Positions 36,336-45,561 of a stretch of 64,000 nucleotides of DNA are shown one piece after another. The first letter of the stretch is position 1, and each line of letters opens with the position of its first letter. Below the pieces are notes generated by a model that searched no databases, was not told the origin of the DNA, and saw only the letters and a list, made by a program, of their open reading frames with translations. Origin of the DNA: an uncultured Gemmatimonadaceae bacterium (GTDB lineage Bacteria; Gemmatimonadota; Gemmatimonadetes; Longimicrobiales; Gaopeijiaceae); assembly GCA_964519125.1 (NCBI GenBank), contig CAZFIS010000001.1, positions 3,825 to 67,824 of the forward strand, given 5' to 3'. The position numbers and the translations under genes are program-made.

Positions 36336-36719
36336 ATGGGTCAGGCCGTCTGTATGGGAGCGATGCTCAAGTGCAGCTTCGGTGTGGCACCCAGCACCCT
36401 CGTGGTGCTGCCCACGAGCCGCACGATGACGGGCACCCCCACGGCCAACATCATGGACTTCAAGCCCATGGTGAACATACCTCCGTTCGGCGTGTGCCAA
36501 TCGTTGGCCAACCCGACGGTCGCGGCGGCCACGGCGGCGGCGCTGGGCGTGCTGACGCCCATGCCCTGCGTGCCGGTCACCACTCCGTGGGTTCCGGGCT
36601 CTCCGACGGTCCTGGTGGGCTCCATGCCCGCACTCAACAACTCGTCGAAATGCATGTGCGCGTGGGGTGGGGTCATCGAGATCCTGAACCCCGGGCAAGT
36701 GACGACAGAGGTGCCGTAA
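36336..36719 (+). CDS. DUF4280 (PAAR-like) spike-tip protein
   Basis: Track ORF 36330-36719, with the ATG at 36336 6 nt after GGGGAGG. The sequence MGQAVCMGAMLKCSFGVAPSTLVVLP...ANIMDFKPMVNIPPFGVCQSLANPTVAAATAAALGVLTPMPCVP...PTVLVGSMPALNNSSKCMCAWGGVIEI matches the DUF4280 pattern as I remember it. Confidence 0.85.
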   Translation: MGQAVCMGAMLKCSFGVAPSTLVVLPTSRTMTGTPTANIMDFKPMVNIPPFGVCQSLANPTVAAATAAALGVLTPMPCVPVTTPWVPGSPTVLVGSMPALNNSSKCMCAWGGVIEILNPGQVTTEVP

Positions 36720-36722
36720 ACC

Positions 36723-37397
36723 GTGAGCACGAAGAAGGAAGTGGTCCTGGATCGGGCCGGACTCGCCCGCCTGGTGGTGGGCGTGATCGTCCTGGTGGGG
36801 CTCGGATTCACGACGGGGGCGGTCATCGGCTTCGGCCTCCACCCGGAGATCGGGGATGCGGCCGGCACCTCCGCCCGGGCGGCACCGCAGCCCGTACGCC
36901 AAGCGTCCGCGGCGCAGCCTTGTCCAGCCCCGGACTCCGGGCGCGCGGTGGGCATGGCCAGCGCGGCGCACTCCGGAAGGACGTCCGCGGTCCGCGATCC
37001 GGGCGCCCGGGTCTCCGATCCCGGGGTCGTGGTCTCGAAGCGGACCGGCAAGGAGTTGGCGCAGGCTCCGGCCCAACCTCGGAACGAGGTGGCCCGGGCT
37101 CCGGCGCGACCCGGGAGCGAGATGGCCCGGGCCACGGCGCCGCCCGGCCCCAGCTACGCCGTGCAGGTCGGCGTGTTCGGCGTCTCACGCAACGCGGACC
37201 GGCTCGCCGCCCGGCTGAGGAACAGGGGGTACGATCCGCTGATCACGGCCATGAGGAACCGCTCGGGCCACTGGCTGAGACGCGTGGCGCTCTCGCTCTA
37301 TTCCACGCAGGACGAGGCGCAGGACGCCGCCGCCTCCTTCCGGGCTCGGGAGGGGCTGCCGGCGGTCGTCGTGGTCTACCGGGAGCCCGAGCGGTGA
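36723..37397 (+). CDS. Membrane-anchored SPOR-domain (peptidoglycan-binding) protein
   Basis: GTG start 3 nt after the DUF4280 stop. It has one TM helix (LARLVVGVIVLVGLGFTTGAVIGFGL), then a Pro/Ala-rich linker. The C-terminal SPOR-like fold reads YAVQVGVFGVSRNADRLAARLRNRGYDPLI...WLRRVALSLYSTQDEAQDAAASFRAREGLPAVVV. Confidence 0.8.
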   Translation: MSTKKEVVLDRAGLARLVVGVIVLVGLGFTTGAVIGFGLHPEIGDAAGTSARAAPQPVRQASAAQPCPAPDSGRAVGMASAAHSGRTSAVRDPGARVSDPGVVVSKRTGKELAQAPAQPRNEVARAPARPGSEMARATAPPGPSYAVQVGVFGVSRNADRLAARLRNRGYDPLITAMRNRSGHWLRRVALSLYSTQDEAQDAAASFRAREGLPAVVVVYREPER

Positions 37398-37858
37398 GCG
37401 TGAGCCGCGCCTATTGCGCCTGTAGACTGCTGCCATGGGTCACTGTGGCTCTGGCCACGACGCTTTCGGGGTGCGCGGCGAAGGTCGCGACCCGCAGTTT
37501 TCAGGTCGTGGCGACGCCCCACGCCAACAAGGACAGCCCGGTGCCGGTGGACCTGGTCCTCATCAAGGCCGGGCCGCTGGTGCCCATGGTCGCGAACCTT
37601 TCCGCCAAACAGTGGTTTCAGGAGAGATCCCAACTGCTCCGGGACCACCCGGGACAGATCGAATACAGGAGTTGGCAGTTCGTGCCGGGCCAGGTCGTCG
37701 ACGTGCGCCATCTGCCGTTCGCCAATCGTAAAGGGGTGGCTCTCTTCGTCTTCGCAGACTACCTCTCCGAGGGCGTTCACAGGCTGCGCGTGGACCCCAT
37801 GAAGAAATTCCGCTTGATCCTGAACGCCGATGGGTTCCAGGCAGAGACCATCAGCTGA
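37394..37858 (+). CDS. tssJ: T6SS outer-membrane lipoprotein TssJ
   Basis: The GTG at 37394 overlaps the SPOR stop (GTGA). It is in frame with track ORF 36371-37858. It has a lipobox (ATTLSGC) and is ~150 aa, beta-rich, with VPVDLVLIK...QWF...FVPGQ...VALFVFADY as in TssJ/SciN. Its position immediately upstream of tssK-tssL-tssM supports the call. Confidence 0.7.
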   Translation: MSVSRAYCACRLLPWVTVALATTLSGCAAKVATRSFQVVATPHANKDSPVPVDLVLIKAGPLVPMVANLSAKQWFQERSQLLRDHPGQIEYRSWQFVPGQVVDVRHLPFANRKGVALFVFADYLSEGVHRLRVDPMKKFRLILNADGFQAETIS

Positions 37859-37900
37859 CGGTCCCGCCCTCCCTTCACATCCTCCGGGACGACGCCGAGC

Positions 37901-39232
37901 ATGACGGACGGAAGAGATCTGCCGGACCCGATCCAGTGGCACGAAGGCATGCTTCTGGCGCCTCAGCACTTCCAACAGGCCGACCTTCGCAGCGAGGGGC
38001 TGCTGCACTATCACGTGAGCGTCTCCTCGCCCTTCCACTGGGGCGTTCGACTCCTGCACGTCGACAGCCGGGCCCTGGCCAGCGGCATCTTCCAGGTGTC
38101 GCAGATCGAAGCGGTCCTTCCCGACGGCGCGCTGGTGACGGAGCCGCTCGAGGTTGATCTCAACCTGTTCGCCCAGAGCATGGGCGGACGCGGTGTCCTT
38201 ACGATCCATCTCGCGGTGCCCGCACGACGCGGCCCGACGGAGCCGATCGCGGGGAGCATGCCGAGGTACGAGTCGGTGGAGGGCTACCCGGTCGCGGACG
38301 AGCAGCTCGGAGAAGGCTCCCTCCGCATCCCGCGCTTGCGACCCGCGGCCACTCTGCTCGTCACCGACACGCCGGCCGACAAGTACACCAGCTTCCCGCT
38401 GGCAAAGGTGAGGGTCCAGCAGGAGAACTACACCCTGACCGACTTCGTACCGCCGGTGCTGACAGCGGATGCCGTGGGATACCCCGCCTCGGCGACCTCC
38501 GATCTCGTCCGCACCATCCGGGAGAAGGCGAAGTTCCTCTCGGACAAGATCCGGGCTTCGTCGGCCATGGCCAAGCGCGGAAAGGGCGACGAGCTGCAGG
38601 CCACGGTGGAGAGGCTGTTCGCGGGGCTGCCCGAGCTCGAGGCGCTTCTCGCGGCTCCCGGCACCCACCCGTTTCCGCTCTACCTCGCGGCCTGCTCGTT
38701 GGCGGGCAGGCTGGCCGGCCTCACACCGGGCCTTCTGCCGCACGGCTTCGGGCGGTACGAGCACAACGACCTGAGGTCGACCTTTGGGGAGGTCCTCGAC
38801 TTCTGCCAGCGGATGGTCGACAGCGTCGAGCAGGCGTACGAGGTCATCCCGTTCCAGTTCGAACGCGATGCGTTCCGCCTGAAGCTGCGGCCGGGGTGGA
38901 AGGGTGGTACCGCCGTCATCGGAGCTGCCGGAGCTCCGGGCGCCAGCGAGACCAGCGTCCTGTCGTGGATCATGGAAAGCCGCATCGGGACGACCGACAA
39001 GATGCGCTCGATCGAAGAGCGACGCATCCGCGGCGCATCCCGCGTGCGCATCGACTCGGACGATGAGCTCGGGCTCGTGCCCAGCAGTGGCGTCCTCCTC
39101 TTCCGGATTCAGATGGATCCGGAGTTCGTGACGCCGAACGACGTGCTTCTCGTCTCTCACCCCGCCGAGCGGCAGGGGCGGGAGCGTCCGGCGGAGATCG
39201 TGCTCTTCGCCCCCGAGCAGGGCACGACATGA
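37901..39232 (+). CDS. tssK: T6SS baseplate protein TssK
   Basis: 443-aa ORF. The N-terminus PIQWHEGMLLAPQHFQQADLRSEGLLHY...PFHWGV...IEAVLPDGALV is the conserved TssK (ImpJ/VasE) signature. Confidence 0.9.
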   Translation: MTDGRDLPDPIQWHEGMLLAPQHFQQADLRSEGLLHYHVSVSSPFHWGVRLLHVDSRALASGIFQVSQIEAVLPDGALVTEPLEVDLNLFAQSMGGRGVLTIHLAVPARRGPTEPIAGSMPRYESVEGYPVADEQLGEGSLRIPRLRPAATLLVTDTPADKYTSFPLAKVRVQQENYTLTDFVPPVLTADAVGYPASATSDLVRTIREKAKFLSDKIRASSAMAKRGKGDELQATVERLFAGLPELEALLAAPGTHPFPLYLAACSLAGRLAGLTPGLLPHGFGRYEHNDLRSTFGEVLDFCQRMVDSVEQAYEVIPFQFERDAFRLKLRPGWKGGTAVIGAAGAPGASETSVLSWIMESRIGTTDKMRSIEERRIRGASRVRIDSDDELGLVPSSGVLLFRIQMDPEFVTPNDVLLVSHPAERQGRERPAEIVLFAPEQGTT

Positions 39233-40026
39233 CCGACGGGTGGACGCACCGCGTCCTGGCAAACGCGTTCCGGGACTTCTACGCGCGCCTCTCCGACGTG
39301 GGGGCCGAGATCGAGGCCGATCCCTGGCATTTCACGAAGCTGGCCGGCGAGGAGGTGCAGGACCGGACCGCGGCCCGCGAGCAGGCGGTGACGCGCGTGC
39401 GGAACCAGCTACGCTCGTTCCTCCAGCGGCAGGCGACGGAGCTGGGGCGGCGTCTCGGACCCGAGGGGGGCGATCGGCTCGACGAGGCCCAGTACGTGAT
39501 GGCCGCGCTCGCCGACGAGGTGCTCGTCAACCTCGAGTGGGAGGGCCGGGAGGTGTGGGCCCACGAATTGCTCGAGACACACATGTTCGGGAGCCACGTC
39601 TCCGGGGAGCTTGTCTTCCAGCGTGCCGACGAGCTCCTCCAGGGAGCCGACGACACGGACTGGGACCTGGCGTACATCTACCTCTCCGCCATCTCTCTGG
39701 GCTTTCTCGGCAGGTACCGTGGGACGTCGGACGACGGCTCGCTGAAGAGCCTCAGACGGCGGCTCTTCACTTTCGTGACGAGGGGTCGCACCACGCTCGC
39801 CGACGACATCGAGCCGCTCTTCCCGGAAGCGGTGGAGCACACGCTGGTCTCGAACGAGAACCTGCGGCTGCCCCCCGTGCGGCGCTGGGCGACGATTCTC
39901 GCCGTGCTCGTGGCGGTCTACCTCGTCGTCGCCCACGTCGTCTGGATCGACGTGTCCTCCGGCCTGCGTGAGGTCAGCGAGCAGGTGGCCAGAACCACGA
40001 CGAGCGTGCGGGGGTCGACACCTTGA
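39229..40026 (+). CDS. tssL: T6SS membrane-complex protein TssL (DotU family), without a C-terminal peptidoglycan-binding extension
   Basis: Its start overlaps the tssK stop (ATGA). The DotU core reads EAQYVMAALADEVLVN..W....W..ELLE...FGSHVSGELVF...LSAISLGFLGRYRG. A single C-terminal TM helix (WATILAVLVAVYLVVAHVVW) is followed by only ~20 aa. Confidence 0.85.
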   Translation: MTDGWTHRVLANAFRDFYARLSDVGAEIEADPWHFTKLAGEEVQDRTAAREQAVTRVRNQLRSFLQRQATELGRRLGPEGGDRLDEAQYVMAALADEVLVNLEWEGREVWAHELLETHMFGSHVSGELVFQRADELLQGADDTDWDLAYIYLSAISLGFLGRYRGTSDDGSLKSLRRRLFTFVTRGRTTLADDIEPLFPEAVEHTLVSNENLRLPPVRRWATILAVLVAVYLVVAHVVWIDVSSGLREVSEQVARTTTSVRGSTP

Positions 40027-43000
40027 GAGAAGTGCTGTCGTTCCTGTCGAGCCACATGCTCGTGGTCGTCCTCCTGGCCGTGGTGCTCGCCCTGTTGGTG
40101 GCCGGCTACATCGGGCTCGTCCTCTGGCGTGCGCGGCGCCAGGAGAGTGGCGAAGAGGCCTCCGCAGAAGCCGAACCTTCGGCCGCCGTCACCATGGTGA
40201 CCCAGGCAGCGGACCTCGAGATGTCGTTCCGGCGGGCCCTGAAGACGCTGCGGTCCGTCACCACGGGCTCGGAGTACCGGTATCGCATCCCCTGGTATCT
40301 GATGCTGGGACCCGTCGGGACGGGGAAGACCACCCTCGTGGAGTCCCTTCCCCTTCCGCGTCGCGTCCAGGCCGACAGCGCCCTGCCTTCCTCCGAGCGT
40401 GCCTGCCGCTGGCACTTCTTCGACGACGGCGTCGTCCTCGACGTGGCAGGCACCCTGACGCTGAAGGCGAACCTCACGTCCGACGAGGTCGGGTGGCGGC
40501 GGCTCCTGAGCCTGCTCAAGCGCTACCGCTCCGAGCGGCCTGTCGACGGCGTCATCCTGACTTTGTCGGCCGCCGATCTCCTGAGTTGGGAGAGCCGTCC
40601 GGCGGACGAGGTGCGAGCCATCGGCACGGGGCTTTTCCAGTGCCTGCGCCGCGCGCAGGCGGAGCTGGGGGTCCGTTTTCCGGTTTACGTGATCCTGACG
40701 GGGGCGGATCGGTTGCCGGGCTTCTCGAGCTTCGCGGCGGCCGTTCCGCGCAGGTTCCATCAGGACATCTTCGGCTGGTCGAACCCCTACGCGCTCGATG
40801 CCGCCTTCCGGGGTGAGTGGGTGGACGAGGCCATGTCGGAGGTCGGGGACTGGCTGAGGGATCGCGCGACCGAGGTGCTGGCGTCGCGTAGCCTCCTCCC
40901 GGGTGCGGATGCGGTCTTCCGGTTCGCGGACGTCGCTCTCCGACTTGTGCCCGCCACGAAGACGCTCCTGAGCGAGATCTTCGAGCAGAGCGCATACCAC
41001 GAGAGCTTCTTCTTGCGCGGCATCTACTTCACCGGCCGCGTGGAGGAGTCTCGTGCAGCGCACTTCCAGCCGGAGGAGACGACGGTCGAATCGGACGCCG
41101 GCAGCGGTGGGGGGGACGGGCGGGATGATCTCGTCTTCGCCGGTCGACTCTTCCAGAAGAAGATCTTCCCGGAGCGCGGGTTGGCCCGGGCGTTCGCGCG
41201 GGGCCTCCTGGACCGGAATCGGCTCATCCGTTGGATCCAGATCGCGGCAGCCGCCCTGGTGATCTTCGGGATCCCCGGGATGTGGCTGGGCCACGCGAGC
41301 CTCGAGCGCAAGGCACGGCCGCTCGGAGAGCTCCTGGACTCCGTGGGCAACAACTTCAGCCTCATGTCCGCGGACATGTCGGCCCAGTCGGGCGGCCAGC
41401 AGCTCACGCAGATGGGCCGCGAGAACGTCGTGTTCGAGCTGCTCCAGCAGATGGCCAGGCTCAATGCCGGACCGTTCTGGTCTTTGGCGTTGCCCAGCTC
41501 CTGGTTCAGTAGCCTGGACGGAGAGATCACGCAGAATCTCACGGGAGGCTTCCAGGACGTGATCCTCCCGACGATGCGTATGGGCATCATCCAGTGGGCG
41601 GACACGCTCTCCGACGAGCATTGGGCGACCACCATCGGACAACGCATCCCCCCGCCGGACTCGGTCGAGTCCGTGCACTCCATCCAGGAGCTGCAGGAGT
41701 ACCGGGTGCTCATCCGCTACATGAGCGAAGTGCGCCAGTTCATCACGAACGCCGGTCGCTTCAACCAGATCGCGCAGCGCGGCAGCGACGAGATGCAGCT
41801 CTTTTCGAAGCTCTTCGTGTGGTACTACGAGCAGGAGTTGCCTCCGGAATTCTTCAAGAACGACGAATTCTACCGCAGGGCGTTGGCGGGCGCGTCGGAG
41901 AGCCCCGTGGCGGCGTCCGACTGGCCCGGATTCGAACCGGCGTCGGCTCGCGTCGCGACGTTTCTCACCGACCGGTTCTACGGGAGGCTCGATCATGCCG
42001 TCGGTGAGCTCGATCAGGACTTCAACGGGACGGTGGATCCTTCCTCCTTCACGACCTCCGACCTCCGGCGCCTGTGGGAGGACGTCGGACAGGTCGAGGA
42101 CCTGCTGACCTCCTCGGACACGGCGTGGCTGCGCTCGGACGCACCGCTGGCTCCGGCGCTCCAGCTCATGCTGGACTCGCTTCCGGACTCTTCTCCCCTG
42201 TTTGCGAAGAAGAAGTTCGTCATGCCGTTCATCAACGGCTTCGATCAGGTGAGGAGCCGACGGCTCGCGACCCTCTCCGGGGAGCTGGCCGCCCTGTCGC
42301 AGGCGTTCGTGTCGGGCACGTCCAGCGCGGTCGACTCGGCGTCGGGCGGCAGAGCGAACGTGACCCGCATCGCCCTCGGCTCGCGGCTCACCAAGCTGCG
42401 CACCGCCCTGGGTGACCTCCTCAACCAGAGCTTCATGACGCCGGTCGCCGCTCCCCCGGGGCAGGCGCCGCCAACGTTCGCGGGGCGTCCCACCTGGACC
42501 GTCGGTCCCCTGGACGATGCTCTGGGCTATTTCCGGGAATACCAGACCTTCCGGGACAGCGCGCTCGACAACGTTCCGTCCAGCCTCCAGGGGCTCGTGC
42601 TGGGCGTAGCCAACCGCTCGCTCAAGGCGCACGTGAGTGCTTCGCTGACGCGGGCGATGACCTACACGTCGGGTGTGGAGCCGGAGGGGCGGGCAGGGAT
42701 GGAGCAGGACCTCCAGGCGCGGTTGAAGAGCTTCGACCAGGCGGCGCGACGGTTGGTGGGCATGCTCGACGTGGACGCCAAGTTCGGCGGTACCCCCGCG
42801 GGGGCGTCCGTGGCGGAGACGATCATCCTCGAGAGCTCCGATCTCCTGGACCAGGTCGACGACCTGCTGGGCCAGGACGGCCTCTACGCCCCGGTCGACG
42901 GAAGCCTCGCCATCTGGCACGGCAAGCGGCCGGCCTCGTGGGCGGGCTTCGGGGTGTCGAGCGCCGACGGTCTGGAGCAGTACCTTGCCGAGCAGCGCCA

Positions 43001-44159
43001 GTCGCTGCGGGATCTGAGCCAATACGCCTCTCAGATTCTCGGGTACCTTACCCTCCCGCCCGTTGCCGACCTCCTTCGCTCCCAGGGCCGCGAACTGGTG
43101 CCGGATACCGAAGCCCTGATGAGGAAGTGGCGGGGGATCGTGCAGACGCTCGACGACTACGACAAGAAGACGCCGGGCAACTCCCTCGGGGCGCTGGACC
43201 AGTTCATTCGTCAGGACATGGCCATCGAATCGCTATCCAAGTGTCCGGCGGCGACGCAGCAAGCCGAGGGCCCGGCCCGCGACTACTTCGACAGCGTGCG
43301 GACGCATCTCGCGGGGATGCTGAGGGACCGGTGCGGCCAGCTCGCTCGGCTGACACTGCGCCAGGGCTACGAGGACATGCGGCGGCTGTTCTCGACCCGC
43401 CTGGCGGGAAGGTTCCCGTTCGTCGACTTGACAACGACACCCGACGCTCCGGACGCCGACGTGGCGGACGTACGCCGGCTCCTCGAGATGTACGACGACG
43501 TCCAGACCTCCGTGAACGGCGACGTCGCGAGCGTCGCCGAGTTCCTCGGTGGTAGTGCCCCGGCCGACTTTCTGCGCCGAGTCGGCGAGATGCGCCGGTT
43601 CCTCGGGCCCCTCGTCCTGCCCGACTCGGAGGGTGTCGCCAGGGCGGTGGCCTTCCGCGTCGAGTTGCGCACCGACCGCGGAGCGGAGCGGGGTGCCGAC
43701 CAGATCGTCGATTGGCGGCTGAGGGTCGGTAGCGACTCCGTCACGTACCTGAATCCGGCCGGGGGCACCGGCGGCCAGTGGCATCTCGGCGATCCCGTGT
43801 CGATGAGCCTCGTGTGGGCCTCGGGCTCCAAGTGGCGTCCGGTGAGCGACCAGGCCGATGCCGCCATGACCGTCGACAGCACTACGGCGACGTGGCAATA
43901 CGGCGGCCCGTGGTCGCTTCTCCGGCTGATCGCGGCGCACCGCCCCAGGGCGGCCGATCTTTCTGGGGGCCCGGCCGAAGACCGGTCTACCGTCAACCTG
44001 CGTGTGTTGACCCGCTCGCGGAACGCCTCGGATGTGAAGGATTCCAGGGGGGAGATGACGAGCGTCTTCCTCCATCTGCGCTTCACCACCTCGGCCCAGG
44101 GCGGCACGCTTGCGTATCCCCGTTTCCCGGTCCGAACTCCGACTTCTCCCACGCGTTGA
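40023..44159 (+). CDS. tssM: T6SS membrane-complex protein TssM (IcmF family)
   Basis: 1378-aa ORF. Its TTG start overlaps the tssL stop. It has an N-terminal TM helix, a Walker A motif (LGPVGTGKTT), IcmF-type cytoplasmic helical domains and a long periplasmic C-terminal region. Confidence 0.9.
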   Translation: MREVLSFLSSHMLVVVLLAVVLALLVAGYIGLVLWRARRQESGEEASAEAEPSAAVTMVTQAADLEMSFRRALKTLRSVTTGSEYRYRIPWYLMLGPVGTGKTTLVESLPLPRRVQADSALPSSERACRWHFFDDGVVLDVAGTLTLKANLTSDEVGWRRLLSLLKRYRSERPVDGVILTLSAADLLSWESRPADEVRAIGTGLFQCLRRAQAELGVRFPVYVILTGADRLPGFSSFAAAVPRRFHQDIFGWSNPYALDAAFRGEWVDEAMSEVGDWLRDRATEVLASRSLLPGADAVFRFADVALRLVPATKTLLSEIFEQSAYHESFFLRGIYFTGRVEESRAAHFQPEETTVESDAGSGGGDGRDDLVFAGRLFQKKIFPERGLARAFARGLLDRNRLIRWIQIAAAALVIFGIPGMWLGHASLERKARPLGELLDSVGNNFSLMSADMSAQSGGQQLTQMGRENVVFELLQQMARLNAGPFWSLALPSSWFSSLDGEITQNLTGGFQDVILPTMRMGIIQWADTLSDEHWATTIGQRIPPPDSVESVHSIQELQEYRVLIRYMSEVRQFITNAGRFNQIAQRGSDEMQLFSKLFVWYYEQELPPEFFKNDEFYRRALAGASESPVAASDWPGFEPASARVATFLTDRFYGRLDHAVGELDQDFNGTVDPSSFTTSDLRRLWEDVGQVEDLLTSSDTAWLRSDAPLAPALQLMLDSLPDSSPLFAKKKFVMPFINGFDQVRSRRLATLSGELAALSQAFVSGTSSAVDSASGGRANVTRIALGSRLTKLRTALGDLLNQSFMTPVAAPPGQAPPTFAGRPTWTVGPLDDALGYFREYQTFRDSALDNVPSSLQGLVLGVANRSLKAHVSASLTRAMTYTSGVEPEGRAGMEQDLQARLKSFDQAARRLVGMLDVDAKFGGTPAGASVAETIILESSDLLDQVDDLLGQDGLYAPVDGSLAIWHGKRPASWAGFGVSSADGLEQYLAEQRQSLRDLSQYASQILGYLTLPPVADLLRSQGRELVPDTEALMRKWRGIVQTLDDYDKKTPGNSLGALDQFIRQDMAIESLSKCPAATQQAEGPARDYFDSVRTHLAGMLRDRCGQLARLTLRQGYEDMRRLFSTRLAGRFPFVDLTTTPDAPDADVADVRRLLEMYDDVQTSVNGDVASVAEFLGGSAPADFLRRVGEMRRFLGPLVLPDSEGVARAVAFRVELRTDRGAERGADQIVDWRLRVGSDSVTYLNPAGGTGGQWHLGDPVSMSLVWASGSKWRPVSDQADAAMTVDSTTATWQYGGPWSLLRLIAAHRPRAADLSGGPAEDRSTVNLRVLTRSRNASDVKDSRGEMTSVFLHLRFTTSAQGGTLAYPRFPVRTPTSPTR

Positions 44160-44230
44160 CGCGCTGACATGACAGCTCGCCAGTCGGGGACCCGTGACGT
44201 TCAGAGGCAAACAGCTGTGTCGTGTTCTCC

Positions 44231-44259
44231 TTGCGCACCGGGAGACCCCGTCGAATAAT
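44231..44259 (+). promoter_or_regulatory. Candidate internal sigma70-like promoter upstream of tssA-tssBC-hcp-tssEFG
   Basis: TTGCGC (44231-44236), a 17-nt spacer, then AATAAT (44254-44259). It lies in the 157-nt tssM-tssA gap, the largest non-coding gap inside the cluster. Confidence 0.25.
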
Positions 44260-44316
44260 GCACCTCCCCCCGAAGCGGGGTGAGCGCCGTAGAGGCCCAA
44301 ACCCACGAATCCGAGA

Positions 44317-45459
44317 TTGACCGAGAGGACCCTCCTGTCCACGCTCACGATGGATGACCGTCAGGCGGTCACGTTCGAGGCGCTCCTGCGCCCCCTGTCG
44401 GGTCCGGATCCGTCGGGCCGGCCTCTCCGGTACGACCCTATCTATGACCGGATCAAGGAAGCGCGCAGGGCCGATGATCCTGCTGCGCCGAGGGACATCT
44501 GGTCCAAGGATCTCAAAGTCGCGGACTGGAACACCGTCCGGCGCCTGTGCGAGGGGGCCCTGACCGGCGAGACCAAGGACCTGCAGATCTGCGCGTGGCT
44601 GGCCGAGGCGTGGCTCCACCTCGAAGGTCTGAGGGGGCTCCGGCGCGGGGTGGATCTGTTGCTCCAGATGTCGGAGAGCTACTGGGAGTCCGTGCACCCC
44701 GCCCTTTCGGAGGGTGTGGACTTCAGGGTCGCGCCCTTCGTATGGGTGAACGAGAAGCTACCCGCCGCCCTGGGCGAGATCCACATCGTGGCTCCTGAGG
44801 ACGAGCCGACCCTTACCGCGACCTGGAACGACTGGAAGAAGGCCCTCTGGCTCGACAAGGTGAGCGCTCGTCGCCCTCACGATGCCGAGACCCTCCGCGA
44901 GCTCGAGTCCTCGCCGACGCTTGCCGGCTTCCGGGCAAGGAGCGCGGAGACGCCCGAGTCGTTCTTCCGCGACAATCTCGCGGTGCTCGACGACACCATC
45001 GACGTCACGCGTGCGCTCGAAGCCTTCCTGGACGACCGCTTGGAGAAGCAGTCTCCGAGCCTGGTTCGCTTCCGGGAGGGCTTGGACGAGATCCGCACGT
45101 GGATCGGGGTGGTCGTGCGGGAGGGGACTTTCAGACCCGAGACGCAAGGGGAATCCGAAATGGCCGACGAGACGAGCCCCGAGGAGTCCGAAGCGACCGT
45201 GTCGGCCGGGACGGCCGAGCCCGGCCCGCGGGAGGGAGGTCGGATCCGAGGGCGCACGGATGCCTATCGCATGCTTCGCGAGGCCGCGGATTACCTGAAG
45301 GAGGTGGAGCCCCACAGCCCGACTCCGTATCTGGTCTTGAAGGCGGTCTCGTGGGGAGACAAGAGCCTGGACGACCTCCTGCGCGAGTTCGTGCGGGAAG
45401 GTCTCAATCTGGAGGCGCTGTTCACGTTCCTCGGCATCGAGCCGGATGATGAACGTTGA
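44317..45459 (+). CDS. tssA: T6SS protein TssA (ImpA N-terminal domain family)
   Basis: This is track ORF 44317-45459, starting at TTG. An alternative ATG at 44350 would give MDDRQAV.... The ImpA_N signature is present: GRPLRYDPIYDRIKEARRADDP....W..DLKVADW..V..LC..AL...TKDLQICAWLAEAWLHLEGLRGL..G..LL.....YW..VHP. Confidence 0.85.
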   Translation: MTERTLLSTLTMDDRQAVTFEALLRPLSGPDPSGRPLRYDPIYDRIKEARRADDPAAPRDIWSKDLKVADWNTVRRLCEGALTGETKDLQICAWLAEAWLHLEGLRGLRRGVDLLLQMSESYWESVHPALSEGVDFRVAPFVWVNEKLPAALGEIHIVAPEDEPTLTATWNDWKKALWLDKVSARRPHDAETLRELESSPTLAGFRARSAETPESFFRDNLAVLDDTIDVTRALEAFLDDRLEKQSPSLVRFREGLDEIRTWIGVVVREGTFRPETQGESEMADETSPEESEATVSAGTAEPGPREGGRIRGRTDAYRMLREAADYLKEVEPHSPTPYLVLKAVSWGDKSLDDLLREFVREGLNLEALFTFLGIEPDDER

Positions 45460-45561
45460 TGCGGCGAAGCGGGAGGGTGGGGTTCTCCTGATGTGTGTGG
45501 GTCATCGTCGCGTAGGCGGCGGGGCCGTCCTCGTTTCCGGCTGTCAGTGAGGAGGTTAACC

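Noticed and set aside
39918-43022. 1034-aa minus-strand ORF opposite tssM, with similar cases at 37376-39262, 45995-47785, 14571-16478, 20792-22759 and 33560-35599
   Set aside because: All are antisense to genes with strong family signatures (TssM, TssK, TssB/C, M14, M1, VgrG) and have Arg/Pro/Gly/His-rich shadow-ORF composition.
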